Source of the DNA: the human T2T-CHM13v2.0 reference genome, Homo sapiens
Strand: one strand, 5' to 3'
DNA: 64,000 nucleotides
Assembly: GCF_009914755.1 (NCBI RefSeq)
Contig: NC_060941.1
Part shown: positions 13,698 through 28,651 of the stretch, one piece after another
Numbering within the stretch: position 1 is the stretch's first letter
How the letters are laid out: every line of letters starts with the position of its first letter
Notes under the pieces: model-generated
Seen by the model: only the letters and a program-made list of their open reading frames with translations
The model's database searches: none
Told to the model about the DNA's origin: nothing
Translations under genes and position numbers: made by a program

Positions 13698-14568
13698 GTG
13701 GAGTCATATTGTGGGCTGCTGGTATTCTTGGCCCTCTACCCTAAGGTCGCTGGGGCTTTGTGCCCCAGTCCAGGGGCTCCTCCCCGCCAGGACTTAGCAA
13801 TCGTTTGCGCAGAGCCTGCCCACTTTCTCCTTGGAAGAACGGGCAGATTCCTTCCCAGAAGGTGCTACACGGAAAAGCCCCATTGTCACTCCCAAGCCCC
13901 CAGACCCCACTTCTCAGTCCCCACAGACTGTGCTTGCCCATGGGGGTGGGGTCTCCTGCTGCCGGCCCAGGAGGGTCTGCAGCACAGGTGCCCACCTGCC
14001 CTGCCAGCATCTATTGCCGCCCAGAGGCCCCAGGTGGGCATGAGGAGGCTGCCTGCGTGTGCGGAGGAGGGCGGCCCAGGCGAGCAGGTGGGCCCAGGCA
14101 GCTTGGCGGCTAAGTGTTCTCGGCATCTGAGGCGGCTTCACTTTTCAGCAGCCAGTGAAGGACAAGCACCCTGTAAATTTAGAACGCGTGATGGCTGGCT
14201 GCTTTTGGTATTCATCTGAGTGCACGGGGGAGACGGAATAATCCACCCATGGTCATGCCCTTACATCCCAGCCCACGTCGCTGCCTGCAGAAGGGAAAAC
14301 CTTTCCCAAAAGTAAAAAGGTGATGGGCCCCTCTAAGGCCGGTCCCAACACCAGCCTTGGCCGCCTCCCAAGGGGACCCTCCTCTCCTTCTCACATTTAG
14401 CTAAAAATAAAGCCCTTTTTGGCAGCAAACGCACCCAGTTTCCCCAGAACATAAGCTCCCCGGGAATCTAGAAACGAAAGAGCTCTACCTCTTATCAAAC
14501 CCAGATGGATTCCTGAAAATCTGTGTCCAGGCAATTTGTGCAAATCAATCACGTTCTCCGTGACTCAC

Positions 14569-14663
14569 CTTCATCTGGGATGCGTCCCTCACAGCTGACC
14601 GCCAGGCCGCTGACCACCCGCTCCGCACACAGCAGGCTGGACAGTGCCGGCCTGCAGCAAACC
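14569..14663 (-). other. Candidate 95-nt exon (exon B)
   Basis: Minus strand: gctggcccctcttgcag|GGTTTGCTGC...CCCAGATGAAG|gtgagt. Consensus donor, CpG-retaining unique sequence. Confidence 0.5.
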
Positions 14664-15774
14664 CTGCAAGAGGGGCCAGCTGCTGCAGGGGAGGGTCCTC
14701 AAGGGATGTGGACCCTTGAACCCAGATTCTGCTGTGCATGTTGGGAGGTCAGGTTCCCACAAAGTGAGGCAGGCCTGAATGCAGATGACCCTGCCGTGGA
14801 TTCTTTTAGACCTTGGCCTCATTCCTTCTCAGGTGGCAGCGCCAGAATTACCCTGGAACCTCTCACAAAGTTGTCCTCGGGGCAAATGATCTGAATGTGA
14901 ATAACTGCACTGGAGGGGGGAGGGGAGGAGGAAGAATGAGGCTCAGTTCCCCCTTTGTACACGTTATCCCCTGCAGCTCCTAAAGGCAGAATAGGATTGG
15001 CCCAAGGCCAGCCAGCTCCAGGCTGGGACTCCATGTGGAGCCTAGGGTGGCACAGAGGGGATTGAGGTGGGGCCCAGGTGAGCCCATTTGCACTGCAGAG
15101 AGAAGCCTCTGGATTGGGACAGAGGAGGAACCAGGTTGCATGCAGGGAGGCTCAGCCAGAGCTGATGAGGTTGCAGGGGCTGCAGAGATGGACAGAAAGG
15201 GTCAGATCCAAGGTGAGTGGACTGGGCAGGGGGCCACACGTGGGAGGCTGGAGGAGTGGAAGTAACCGAGATCAGCGATGGAGGCCCACACTCCAGAGGC
15301 CCACACTCCAGGCTAGGAGCCACTGAGGCCACCACACAGAGCTCGCTCTCCAGGAAGGAGCGGCCAGGGGCCCCTGCCTCTGTCCCTACTCTTGATAAGG
15401 GTGGAAAGGGGTTGTGGGGACAGAGTCTTGGCCTTGCTGCCCTCACATCGCCAGCATAGTACTAGAATCCTGGGACACAAGCAAAGGCCACAGGGACCGA
15501 TTCCTGCCCTATGGCTCTCTTTCATCAGGTGACTATTGAACACGTGTGTGTGTGTGCACGCATGCACGCCGCCTGTCAGGGAAGGGGTGGCCCCTGTCGA
15601 AACTGCTCTCAGCAGGTAGGAGTTTGATGTCAGCTGACAGACGGAAGCTCTGGCAGCAGACTTTACTGGTTTGTACCAAGGGAAGGGGCTGTCCCCAGCT
15701 GGACTCAGCATTCCTCCAATGACAGAAAGACGCAGCGCTTGTCCTGTCTCAAGTGCCAGGCAAGGTCTTGACTC

Positions 15775-15905
15775 CCGTGATTCCTTTTAGTTTTCACATC
15801 CCTGTGAAAGAGGCGTTGCCCCCATTTTCTAGATGAAGGAGACTAAGCTTGGAGAAGTTCCTAAGAACCAGCTGGTGGGCAGCTGGGACTTGAACCCGGC
15901 CATTT
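15775..15905 (-). mobile_element. MIR
   Basis: cccattttctagatgaaggagactaagcttggagaagtt...ggcagctgggacttgaacccgg. Confidence 0.7.
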
Positions 15906-16477
15906 CATGTCTACTTCATGGCCTCTGCCCTGTGTTTCCCTGGTAGGACGGTCCCAGGGCCGGGACAAGCTGCGCTCTTTGTCCTCCCCAACTGGAGGCA
16001 GAGAGTCGAGTCCAGGCATCGAAAATCCTCCCAAGCCTACACCTGGCCATGCCCATTGGCTGGCGGCGGCAGAACAGAGGAATAGTGACATTGTCAGCGA
16101 GGGTGGCGATAAACCCACCCCTCCGTGCTCAACATAAAAGCCACAGCTCCATGCTCAACATGGTCTGCACCTGTCAGGGAGGGGCCTCCAGGTTCTGGCA
16201 TGACTGTTTCTTTCTCTCCTGGCCGACTGGGGGAGTTTTCTGAAAAGCATTTCCATTACTTCAACCCTCACAGAAACCAGCATCAGTTCTGCCCAGCCCA
16301 GGGTGCCCCGAGCATGAGGCATAGATACCCCGCGATGGGGAAGGGGAAGCTCTCAGGGTGTGGCCCCCTTGGGAAGAGCCCAGGGGCTGGTCATGGGTGC
16401 TTTGCAGCATAGGAGGGCAGCCTGGGTCATCTCTGGTCAGAGAGTCTGAGCAGCCTCTAGAAAGATCCGTGGTATCA

Positions 16478-16775
16478 CTTTTTCCTTATTATAAAAGTTA
16501 TACATATTCACTGTAGAAAATTTAGAAACTACACATATGCAAAAAGAAGAAAATAAAAATAACCCATAATCCCACTAACCCGAAATAACTCCTGTTAACA
16601 TTTTGAGCATATATACACTCCCAGACTTTCCTATGCATAGAATATATATTTTGGGTTCTAAGTGGGATCATACTGTACATTCCATTTTGTAACTTTTTTC
16701 CATTTAACTCTATGTCATACCAAATCATTAACTATTCTTCCACAACAGCATTTTTAAATGGCTGAATTAGCCAAA
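16478..16775 (-). mobile_element. L1ME 3' fragment
   Basis: ttattataaaagttatacatattcactgtagaaaatttagaaa...aagtgggatcatactgtacat...atttttaaatggctg. Confidence 0.8.
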
Positions 16776-17719
16776 AAATACTAAAGGGACAGTTGAGGGC
16801 AGGAGAGGAAATTTTACAACACAGAAACTTGCAATTAAGCATTAAATAAGAAAACGCCCTTTGTAAACAAACGTATTTTCTCTCTTTAGTCCAAATTCTA
16901 CAATAGTGAAAAACGAAAATGTCATCCAACTTGAGACAGGAGACCTCATCACCCATAGCTGGTGACGGCTTCAGGAGGAGCCGGCATCACCGTTCAGAAG
17001 GGCTGACCAACTCTCCCTGCAGGTGGGAAGTTGTCTAGATATTTCTGAGGCTGTAGGATTGCAGTCATCGGAACATTGTCAAGCCATTCCCCGGCGAGAT
17101 GCTCAGGAGTGGCTCAGAGGGAGGTGGGAGAGGTTAGAATCCGAATCCAAGGGGATCCCACAGGACTCACATCAGCTGTGCCAAGAGCAGGGTATGTCGT
17201 CACATATGAAATGGGAGCTCTGTGGGGTCTGCCAGACGCTCCCCAGGTCCTGGAGGGGCTGACATCCTTTCCAGTCCAGGCTCGGAACCAGCCAGAGGCT
17301 GTTCCACACCACTGGTCCCTGAAGCTTGGTAGCAAATCCAAGAAAAAAGGTGTTCCTGGGGGTAGAACCAATGATGAATGGCCATTGCCGTGCCAGCCCC
17401 AAGACCCACCGTGACCTAACAGCGGTGTCTGGAGAAGAAATCAGGCTTGTAAAACATCACCATGGCCAAGCATCTGTGTCTCCCCAGTTTATTCAGGTTT
17501 CTTTTCTCAATGTGCTTTAGGGAAGCCCCTTCAGGAAAACGCCCACCTGCCATGTGCAAAACAAAGACAGAGGGAGATCGTCGCCCCCTCGGAAGTCGGT
17601 TTGACAAGTGCCCCAGAGACTGGGCCCACAGAGACAAAGACCAGGGGGAGAAATACGGGAGAGTCTGCTCTGGGGGACTGCCATGTGGGCAGCTCTCATG
17701 CCCAGAGGGATCCCAGCTG

Positions 17720-18050
17720 AATCGGTTAGGATGCTTTCAGCTGCACCCAACAGAAACCTGACCCAAACTGGCTGAAGCCACGAGGAAGCGTGCCAGTCAC
17801 ATGACGGGAAGTCCAGGCTGTGGCAGCTGCGGGGTTGGGCGATTCAGCCCCTCTCTATGCCACAAGGACACAGGTCCTGTCTCCTGCCTGCTCTGCTACC
17901 CTCAATGTAGGCCTCCCCCTTGGGCTAGAAGCAGCAGCTCCACGGCAACATCCCAAGGCCCCTCTCCAAGGGCTGTTCACAGAGGCTGACTCCCGTCCTC
18001 CCTTTCCTGAAAGACACTCTCTTTGACTCATTGGCCAGATCTGGGGATCA
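17720..18050 (-). mobile_element. Old MLT1 (J/K/L-like) LTR fragment
   Basis: gttaggatgctttcagctgcacccaacagaaacctgacccaaactggct...tcacatgacgggaagtccagg...ctcattggccaga. Confidence 0.65.
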
Positions 18051-18636
18051 CCTATAGGTAAGGAGAAGAGGGAGGGTGACAGAGGCTCCCAGAAGTCAGC
18101 CCACCAGCAAGGCCTCTCTCCAGCAAAGCTCATTCCTACCTGTCCTCCGGAGAGTGTCACAAGGGGACAGCGGCCTCCAATCTCCCGATTCCTTTACTCT
18201 CCCCTGTTACCCAAGTGAGTCACCCCAAACGAATGAGGCCCTCAGATGATCCACAGGCTGGAAGGGGCCCGGCTACCCCTCAAAGTTTCCTGGGCTTGCA
18301 GGTCTGCTGCATGGCTGCGGTCCTGGCCAGACCACATTCTGGGCGGACAAGGCAGGATAGCCAGCCCACAAAGACACAGTATGCGCAGCCAGGCAAGGTT
18401 GCCTGTGTTGGGGACAGTCAATCGGACATAGGAATAACGTGTCCTCTGCACCCAGGAAGCCTGCAGCACTGAGCCGTCTGCATTTGCTAGGGCCACCAGC
18501 TGCCACTTACTCCAAGGAACAGGGTGGGAAGAGTCCACACGGAGAGGGGCCGTGGGTTGATCTCTGCTCCCCCTCAGTCACAAACCCACTCCTGGTTTCC
18601 CTGCACCTCCCCCAGCCACTGCACCCCTGCCCGTGA

Positions 18637-19086
<450 letters not shown>

Positions 19087-19461
19087 CACCCCCATTATTC
19101 TAATCACCATCAGATGTGCCCTTGTCTTGCCCTGCACAGGCCTGGTTATGTGTGTTCCAGTAAAATACAGCACCATGGAAGCCTGAACATCTGTAAATCT
19201 GCCAGCTGAGTGGCCCTGCTTAATTACAGCTCCCAAAACACCCACTGTGGTGGCATCAGCCCCGTCAACGGTGATCCATTGCCCTGATGGGCAAGCTCAT
19301 CACCCTCGGGCCTCCTTGGCCACGGGTGTTTTCCCCTGAAGGAGCCGGCCACAGGGCATGCTTGCCCCGCCCCAGCGTAGCACTTTGCAGAGTCCCACAC
19401 TGTATCATCCGTCCTCTAACAGAGGCAGGACAGTGACCTGTTTGGCAGGTGTGTGTGTGTG

Positions 19462-20215
<754 letters not shown>

Positions 20216-20959
20216 TGGGTGTCCCCTGCAATGCCAAGGGGGGACAGTGTCCTCACTCCTCCTGGGCCATGCTAGACACACAATTCCCTTGGACTAGCCA
20301 AATTCTCTTTCCCTAGAACCCCCGCCCACAGGTCCTGTTTCTGCCTTTGAACAAAAACGGACAAATCTACTTCCTCCTGCCCATGACAGACTTTGAAACT
20401 GTGGAGCATCGTGACAGGCCTACCCTCTCCCCAGTCCCCCAAGGCTCCCAGCTCCAATTATGACCCCCATCTCCCCACCTCAAATTGAGGAGGTGAGTCC
20501 CTTTGTGCCCAGCTCTTGGGCCAGGCCAGCCCCAGGTGGTCACTGTCTCTCCTACACCAAGTCACAGAGTGGACCCCAAGTGTCCCAGGAGGATGAGCTG
20601 ATGGGGGTGGGGGAGATGAACACACCTGGAGGCCCAAGGCATGTCCACACCCCCCGAGGAGATGCTTCCCCTCAAACGTGCACTGGGTGCTGTGGTGGGG
20701 TTGGGGGCAGGGGTGCTGGTGAGGGCAACACCAGGCAAGGCCTCCGTACTCAGGACTCTGGAGCCCAGCACAGGGGTTGGGGCAGAGATGCCAGGCAGCT
20801 CTTCCCCTGAGCCAGGCTATCCTTCTGCTATTCAGCTATTTTGCAAACACAAACCCCCAAAACTTAAAACCGACAGAAGAGGAGCTGCCCCTTCCCAGGC
20901 TGTTGTGAATACATGTAATCTCATGATGAGTCTTCTCTCCCACAGGCTGATGGCCCTAT

Positions 20960-21045
20960 GGCATCAGGAGCATCTGTGTGTGCCTGGCACACAGCAGGAA
21001 CTTAACTAAGCCAGTGGGATGAATGGAGGAATAAATGAATGAATG
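20960..21045 (+). mobile_element. L2 3' end
   Basis: gtgcctggcacacagcaggaacttaa...gaataaatgaatgaatg. Confidence 0.7.
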
Positions 21046-21574
21046 CACAGGTGATCTGGCTACAGTGGAGAGAGAGAGCTGGAGTTTTCCCTTCTATGCC
21101 CCTTTCCTCCCACCTTGCAGTCCATGAGGCACCGCCCTGGAGTGAAGGGCAAGTTTGGCCTTGCGGGAGGCAGGGACAACCACAGTCAGGGCAGGAAGCC
21201 TCGATGCCACCTCCCTGCCAAGGCCTGGTTCCCTGCTCTGGAGCTGAGCTTTCCCTAGGCACAGTAAGAGCAGGACAGTAAAGGCGGGTGGGCTTTGAGA
21301 ATCATCCTCGCCAGCCCCTGCCTTTAGGGCAGCAGTAGGGCAGTGACACATTCACGGAGGAACTCAACCACTGTGTGGTTCCTTCAGACCCAAGAATCAG
21401 GATGAGATCGGCAGGAAACAGGTGCCCATGTGGGGGCTGGATGTCTGTTATTCCCAGGAGACCCAGGAGGCCACCATTGTGAGCTCAGGTCTAAGTCCCA
21501 GAGATCAGGGGAGGGTCTGATCACACTGGCCCAGAAGCAACCTCAACACTGTATGTAAAGTCAAAGCATGGGTA

Positions 21575-22480
21575 TGGCCCATATGTAAAGAGTGCCCTGA
21601 AATTAATAAGAAAACCACCCCATGGAAACACGGACAAAGCATGAGAACAGGCTGTTCACATAAATACGCATGCAAACAACCAGTAAACACACGAAAAATA
21701 CTCCACCTTCCTCAAGTTGGGGAAATGCAATTAAAATGCTGAGATGTTTTATATGCTTAGACTGAAAAATAAGGACTAATACGTGGTCAGGTGTGGTGGC
21801 TCATGCCTGTAACCCCAGCACTTTGGGAGGCTGAGGCAGGAGGATTGCTTGAGCTCAGGAGTCCGAGACCAGCCTGGGCAACATAGCAAAAACCTGTTTC
21901 TACAAAAAATAGAAAAATTAGCAGGGCATGGTGGCACATACCTGTAGTCCCAGCTACTTGGGAGGCTGAGGTGGGAAGATCACTTGAGCCCAGGGGGTCA
22001 CGGCTGCAGTGAGCCATGATCGTACCACTGCACCCAAGCATGGGCAACAGAGTGAGACCTTGTCTCAAAGATAAAAATAAAAATAATAACTGATGTTGGT
22101 GTGGGAATAAAATAATCACATAGTGTGGAGGCATCTGTCAATACTTTTGACTTTTTATAAAGTAACCCAGGTGTAGTTTTAAGTTAAAATTTAAGATACA
22201 CATAACCTTTGCCCCAATAAGTCTACTGTTGGGGTTTTCTCCAGGAAAGCTACGAGTGCCAGGAAAACACATAGTGCATGGTGGTGTCTGTGCATTGGTT
22301 TGGGAGGAGACATTTCCCATTGCTAACAGTGGTTAACAGTTGGAGGTCAGAGGTCGCCCCAGGAGAGTTGGATTTGGGGAAGGAGGTCCCAGACTATTCA
22401 TTTCACTTTATACACTTCTGTGTTGTAAGAACAAAGAAGCAAATATTTTTATAGCTCATGCAACTGAATTTTTAAATGAC
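21575..22480 (+). mobile_element. Fragmented old L1ME, interrupted by AluJ
   Basis: aattaataagaaaacc...ggaaatgcaattaaaatg...tgatgttggtgtggga...cataacctttgccccaataagtctact. Confidence 0.7.
21785..22090 (+). mobile_element. AluJ
   Basis: ggaggattgcttgagctcaggag...cctgggcaacatagc...gctgcagtgagccatgatc...gagaccttgtctc. Confidence 0.95.
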
Positions 22481-22532
22481 TAAGAACGTCATTTCAAAGT
22501 AAAGCCTTTCAACTCTCTATGCTATTACAGGT

Positions 22533-22723
22533 AGGGTCCTAGATTTAGGGAATAAGAACATGGCGCATGGTTAACTTTGAATCTCAGATGAACACGGTTT
22601 TGTTTGGGTTTTTAGTGTAAGTAGGTCCCACGCGATGTGTAACACATACCTATACAAAAAAACCTTTGTCATTCATCTGAAATCCGGATTTCATTGCATG
22701 TCCTGTGTCTTATCTGGCAACCC
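22533..22723. mobile_element. MER53 (hAT, palindromic)
   Basis: agggtcctagatttagg...tttgaatctcagat...atctgaaatcc...tatctggcaaccct. Confidence 0.75.
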
Positions 22724-25171
22724 TGGGGACAGCAGGAGGAAAAGGAAGAAACAGCTTCACAAATCTCTGCCATTTTAATGGATCCGTTTCCTCTCCTTCC
22801 TCATGAAAACCTGCTGTGTCCAGGGTGATATTTCTTTCTCCCGGTAATCACACGCATGCACACACACTCACAGGTGCTGACCATTCGTCACCCTCCAAGA
22901 ACATTCTGACTCGGAGTGAGCATTTCAGCAGATGCTGATATTCAGCGTGGCTCCGATCTGAGAGCCAGGATGTCACTTCAAACTCATCCTGCTGAGAGAC
23001 CTGAGTCTCTAGAGCAGGGTCCGGGACTCTCCAATGCTGTGTTCCAGCCTGACAGTGCCCGGTGCACGGAAGGGAGTCGGCAAATGCAGGGAGACAAATG
23101 AACGGCGGAGGCCCCGGCACACAGTGGAGGGGCTGGCATCCACCTCCTTAAGGTGCATGGCGTCCAGGCCCCAGCCCCAGAATCCTCCTCAGCGTGTCAG
23201 GCAGGGCTGCCCCACATCTGTGCCAAGGCCAGCATCCTGGATGGTCCTCCCACTGCCAGGTGCTCCTGCTGTTCTCTCCTCCCACGCAATGCACACTCCT
23301 CCACACAGAAGGGCCCGGGCCCTGCTTCCAAAAGCAGACTCCATGTCATTCACATACCGCCGTGGTGCACAGACGTGGGCTGAGAGCGGGGAGCTACACT
23401 CGGGCCTGGAGCCGGTGTGGCCTCCGCCAGGTTGTGGGTTGCTCGACCTCCTGGAGCTTCAGTGCCCCCATCTGTAAAAGTGGAGGTCGATGAAATATTC
23501 TTGAAGGGGTTTCTAAGCATTTCTGAGAGTTTAGGGTCAGTGGTGTCCTCAGCTGTCCTAATCCATTTAGTACCAGTTCTACTTCAACCGGACACTTCAG
23601 AGCATCTCAGCCAGAGACACGGGGCCACTAGCTGCAAGAAAGTTCCTTCTCGCCCCTCTTCTTGAGGCCTGGGGGGATCTGCAGGCCCAAGTATCCTCCG
23701 AGGAACTGCTGCTTAACCCGAGTGCTTGTCGAGCCTCAGCAGCCACAGACGAGACATTAGCGTTACAACCCACACTGATCTTTGTCAATTACGCTCCAGT
23801 ATTTGAGCTCTAACCAGCTTTAAATTGAATCAGGACAAAATCATCAGAATAAAAAGAGCCCAAGCCACAGCCTTTCAATTCCAGCACTGGAAAAAAAAAA
23901 AGCTATACATTTCATAATGGCCTTCTACCCCATAATGAACAGGAAAAATAAATTAGATTCCAAGCTAAGGGTATATTTATGCAATTTCATTATGTGCCCA
24001 TGAGCAAGCCTGGTTTTCACCAAGATAAAAATGAGCTCTCAGAAACACTCACACTAAATAAATGGAGTGATATAACAGCTTAACAGGGAGCGTGGAAGAG
24101 GAGCTGAAGGACAATGTCAAAAATGAGAAAATAAAAATAAGAGAAGCTTACAATGTACCACCATACTTGGTGTACAAAGTACTAGAGGCGCCTGGAGTCT
24201 GTGGCCGGCAGCGGGTCCGCCTGTCCCTCCGGAGGAAGCAGCTCTGTCCTCAGCACTCCAGGGACCTAAAGCCAAGAACAGCGGAAGGGACACGGCTTCT
24301 CCCCTTGACACACGAGCCCATGTGATGGCAAATCCACCAAGGCTCTCTCTGCACCCTGGTCAGTTACACTGTTACCATCAAACCGCTAGGCCTCAAGTCA
24401 GTTCTTCAGGCCCACCCCGGCTCCTGGCAAGAGACCGCTCACCCCGGAGCAGGATTTCAGTGGAAACTCTGGCTTTGTCTCAGCCCTTTCCGTGCTGATC
24501 AGTAACCTTTCTTCATCTCACTGACAGAGTCCCTCTTGGTTCTCTCTTTTGCTTGTCTCAGGGCCCTCACGTTTGATGGCACCAGTTTCGAGGGCAGAGT
24601 GACACCTCCTGCCGATGTCACCAGGTGGGCCACGGAGCACGGGGCTCCTCCAGGGTCCCCACGCACTGGCTGCCGGGGCCTTCCCTCGAGTGTTTCTTTT
24701 TACAGAACAAAACCATGTTCTCTGCTGCCTTTAAACACCTTGAGAGCGTCGACCTTTTTTTTTTTTCATGTATTGTTTATCGTGCAACACTCCGAGACCT
24801 CTATGTGAGAGGCGTTTTATAAGTTCAGGTTGTTGTGAAGGTTGACAAAATAATAGATTCCTTTTTATTTTTTCAATGGATATTTACAAAGCTGGAAATT
24901 GTTTCCTGAAAACCCTGGCGGTGTCTAACTGGGGCAGACTCGAATTCAGACAGCTCAGGGGTCTCTCCCAAAAGGCAGCGGCTTCACCCTCCCTGGCTGC
25001 CCTCTGCAGACTCACAAGGGGCTCCCCAATGCTGTCAGCAAGGGCCAAGGAGAAGGTAACGAAACTATGCAGTGTGAGCGCTAGTGGGGCGGCTCCCTAG
25101 TCCCTAGATGAGGAAATCAGGAAGAGATTAGGAGGGATCCCAATGAATCAGCGAAGAAGCTGGGCTTAGAC

Positions 25172-25740
25172 CAGTCTGTCTGATAGAAATAGCATGGCAG
25201 TCCCACGGGCAATTTTCAGTTTTCTAGGTGGCTGACGCCTGTAATCCCAGCACTCTGGGAGGCCAAGGCAGGTGGATCACCTGAGATCAGGAGTTCGAGA
25301 TCAGCCTGGCCAACATGGCAAAACCCCGTCTCTACTAAAAATACAAAAATTAGCTGGGCATAGTGGTGCATATCTGTAATTCCAGCTACTCGGAGGCTGA
25401 GGCAAGAGAATCGCTTGAACCCAGGCGGCGGAGGCTGCAGTGAGATGAGATCACACCACTGCACTCCAGCCTGGGCAACAGAGCGGGACTCCATCTCAAA
25501 ATAAAAGGATTTTTTTTTACAAAACAAAAGAAATTAATTGTAATCACATATTTTATTTAACCTAATATATTCTAAATATTTTTGGGTCAATATGTAAATT
25601 GTATAAGGGATTATCAGTCACGTGTTTTACATGCTTTGTCCATGTGCTGGGTCTTGGAGTTGGCGTACACTTTTCACTCTACACACGTCAACTGCCCAGC
25701 TCTCTCCCGTGGCCGGTGGCTGCCATCCAGGTCCAGGCAG
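25172..25740. mobile_element. MER33 interrupted by an Alu
   Basis: ctgtctgatagaaata...ttttctag [Alu] gaaattaattgtaatcacatattttatttaacctaatatattc...gtggccggtggctgcc. Confidence 0.75.
25226..25505 (+). mobile_element. AluSx-like, slightly 5'-truncated
   Basis: ggtggctgacgcctgtaatcccagcact...gactccatctcaaa. Confidence 0.95.
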
Positions 25741-25944
25741 GCACAGACCCCTATATATCACAGCTGCCTCCCTCACAACCACAACCCCAAGCCTAAAAGA
25801 CAACCATTTGGCCACATGTAACCCGGCATACGGCAGCTGAACGGTAAAGGGGAATATGTCCAACACTCAGAACCGTATCTTTGCAAGTAATGAGTGATTT
25901 TCCAAAACCACCAGGAGACCAGCAGAAAATCACCTCCTCCACGC

Positions 25945-26100
25945 CTTACTGAGCATCTTCTCTGTGCCAGGAGCAAAGGACGTTACAGGTGCGAGTTTGC
26001 TACATCTTCAGAGCTCTGCGAGGCCAATGCTGCCTTCACTGTGACTCCCTGATAAACGGAGGCTCAGATAGGGCCGCCCAGAATTGCATCAGTGGTGCAC
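25945..26100 (-). mobile_element. MIR
   Basis: ttactgagcatcttctctgtgccagg...aaacggaggctcaga. Confidence 0.6.
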
Positions 26101-26547
26101 AGTGAAAGGACGCCTGAAATGCCAATGTTCATCACCCTCTGAGGGTAGAATTTCCCCTCCTGACAAGCAGGACCCCCTTGGAACCAAACAGGTACTCAAC
26201 ACCCCTACGTCTCTCGTGGGGCAGGCTTCGGCTACTCAGCTACTCGGCACAGAGCGAAACCAAGGCCTTCCTGCCAACTTCACACTCCCCCCTTCATCAG
26301 CTCCTCCTTGATCAGGGCCTCCGAGGAAAAGGAATAAACAAACAAGCTGATAAACAAACAGCGAGCGAGGTAGATGAAACACGCGGCGAAGATGAAGCAT
26401 GCTGGGCACGTTCCAACCCCGCGGTCTTAGGTACAAAGCCCATTAACTCATTAGTGCGGATGGAGTTTGAATTCCACAGCACCGTGTGATTCTTGGCTAC
26501 CGTCCAGCAATAATTCAGAGCTACTGGTCAACCAGGAAAGACACAGC

Positions 26548-26618
26548 CAGGGTGGGCCGAATGGGGCAAGGGTGGGATGCAGGGTGGGCCGAATGGGGCA
26601 AGAGTGGGATGCAGGGTG
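26548..26618. repeat. 32-bp tandem duplication
   Basis: cagggtgggccgaatggggcaag[g/a]gtgggatg twice, plus a partial third copy. Confidence 0.9.
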
Positions 26619-27827
26619 AGCCCCCTACCCCCCAGAGCCAGGGTGCCCACAAGCAGCCTGAGAGAGGGGAAGTCAGAGCAGCCATACCACCAAGTAAGGG
26701 AAACTCGTGCCTAGGAACAGAGGGGCTTAAACAACCCTCAGCCCGTCCCTGGGCATTGAGAGCTCCTTTCCCCTGTGCTAAGGAGGAGGTAAGGCCCACA
26801 GATAGTCCTGCTGCCATCCTCACAGTGACCCTATGAGTCAGGCACTTCTGTGTTGCAAGAGAGGAAACTGAGCCCAGAGGGCTGGTTGGTGTGGTCCCTG
26901 GACTGACACTGGCCGGTCACTGTCTCAGTATCACTTGTGTGTGTTTTCTTCCAGCCTTGTGGAAGAAACCCTGAGATCTATACAACGGAAAAGTACCAGA
27001 ATCAGCCCCCAAGGATGCCATGAGCTCAGGCGCGCTGGCACGTTGGGCACTCGCTGTGGGCTGACTCTATTCAACACGGTGATTGCTGGTGTTGGTGGAA
27101 GGAGGCATCGAGGAAATACAGAAAACTGGGAAGCTGTCTCCCCAGTCGCTGGGGCACTGATTTGGAGAAGGAGGTGACAGAGAAGCACAGAATGAAGAGG
27201 AGAGAAGAGAAACAAAGCGCAGAAGGATCAGGAGCCCCCATCAAGGCTTGGAGAAGTCCACTCCTCCCGTCGGAGTACCCCGACCCTCCATACCTCCCTG
27301 CCCTGCCAACCCTGACACCTGCCATCCACCTGCCCCACCACACCTGCCCCACCACAACCACCAGGCTCCCTGCAGACACACCTGGCTGCCTTCCCCAGGG
27401 CTCAGGGAGCAAGCCTGCATCCTCAGGCTCTGTCTAGTCCCTGGAGCCGCCTCCTCGAAGCTCTTACATAACTCGGGTCCTTCCTCACCTCCTGAGCAGC
27501 ACCGCCCTCCCCCCACCTTCTAGACATGGGGGAGTAACATCTGCTGTCCTCACTCCTCTCCAAGAGAACTCCCTCCCCAACACCCGCACCCCAAACTCAA
27601 ACACCGCCACCCTCCCCAAAGCAGCAAGGGATAAAAAATAACATAAAATAAAAACATGCTACCACCACCACCCACCACATCATTAAGGGCAAAAAAAAAA
27701 AAAAAAAAAGAGAAAGAAAGAGAAAGCTCGCTCCTACAAATAAAACTCTTTCCTTCTTGTTCTAGAAAAACAAGAATGAATCCTGGGGGGAAGGAGCACA
27801 GGAAGGGGGCAGACGGGGCCGCTCTAC

Positions 27828-28006
27828 CTTTTCATCTTCATTGCTGAGAGCATCTTTGATATGGCTTATTTTGTAAAAAGAAAGAAGTCCACGTAGATCC
27901 TTGTGCTTGCATGCACGCTAAGAGAAGGTATCAGAATCCCGCTCTGGGAAGGGCGTCGAGGGTCCCCATTCCCGCCCTCTCCCTCGCCCCTGCTAGAGGA
28001 GCACGT
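27828..28006 (-). other. Candidate 179-nt exon (exon A), internal or first exon
   Basis: Minus strand: ggccccttccttctttcctggtag|ACGTGCTCC...AATGAAGATGAAAAG|gtagag. Alternative acceptor ccttctcttag| would start the exon at 27917. The donor is weak. Confidence 0.4.
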
Positions 28007-28651
28007 CTACCAGGAAAGAAGGAAGGGGCCAGCCGTGTTTGGGTTTTGGATCAAGAGGCCAGGATTAGCCTGATTGGAAGGCTCCACAGCAACATGGGGA
28101 AGAAGAGAAAACAGCCTGGCTGAGGAGCCGGCCACAGGGTCCCACCGGCGACCACCCCATGCCCTCTGCCCTTGCCCCTGCCTGGCCTCTCCCCACTTCG
28201 GCCACCTTGGCAACACTCAGCCTCCAGGGGCCCAGAGGGAGCGGAGGTCTCCCAGGCCTGACTTGGTGTCCCAGGCTTCCCAGGTCGCTTCCTTCCAGGC
28301 AGCCGATTGGTTCAATGTCTGCCTTCCCTTCCAAACACTTCCAAGAAAACAAGAGGGGAGGCCTTACTTCTTTCCCCAGGGGACGCTGTCCAACCCACCT
28401 CCTGTTATCCAATTCCGCCTCCCAGCTGAGACTGCAGTTCCCCTTAACAGTGTGTTCCCAGCTGTCCTGAGCCTTCACCACCCTGCTCCAGGTTCTCACA
28501 GCCACCAGGACGGTTCCAGACATGCACACTCAGACACACCCGTGCACACTCAACCCCGCCAGCTCACTCGGCTCACTCCATTTCTTTGGCAGTTCTCATG
28601 GGGCATGGAAGGTTCTCCTTTGATCATTCCTATATAGCTAATTGGAAAGAC

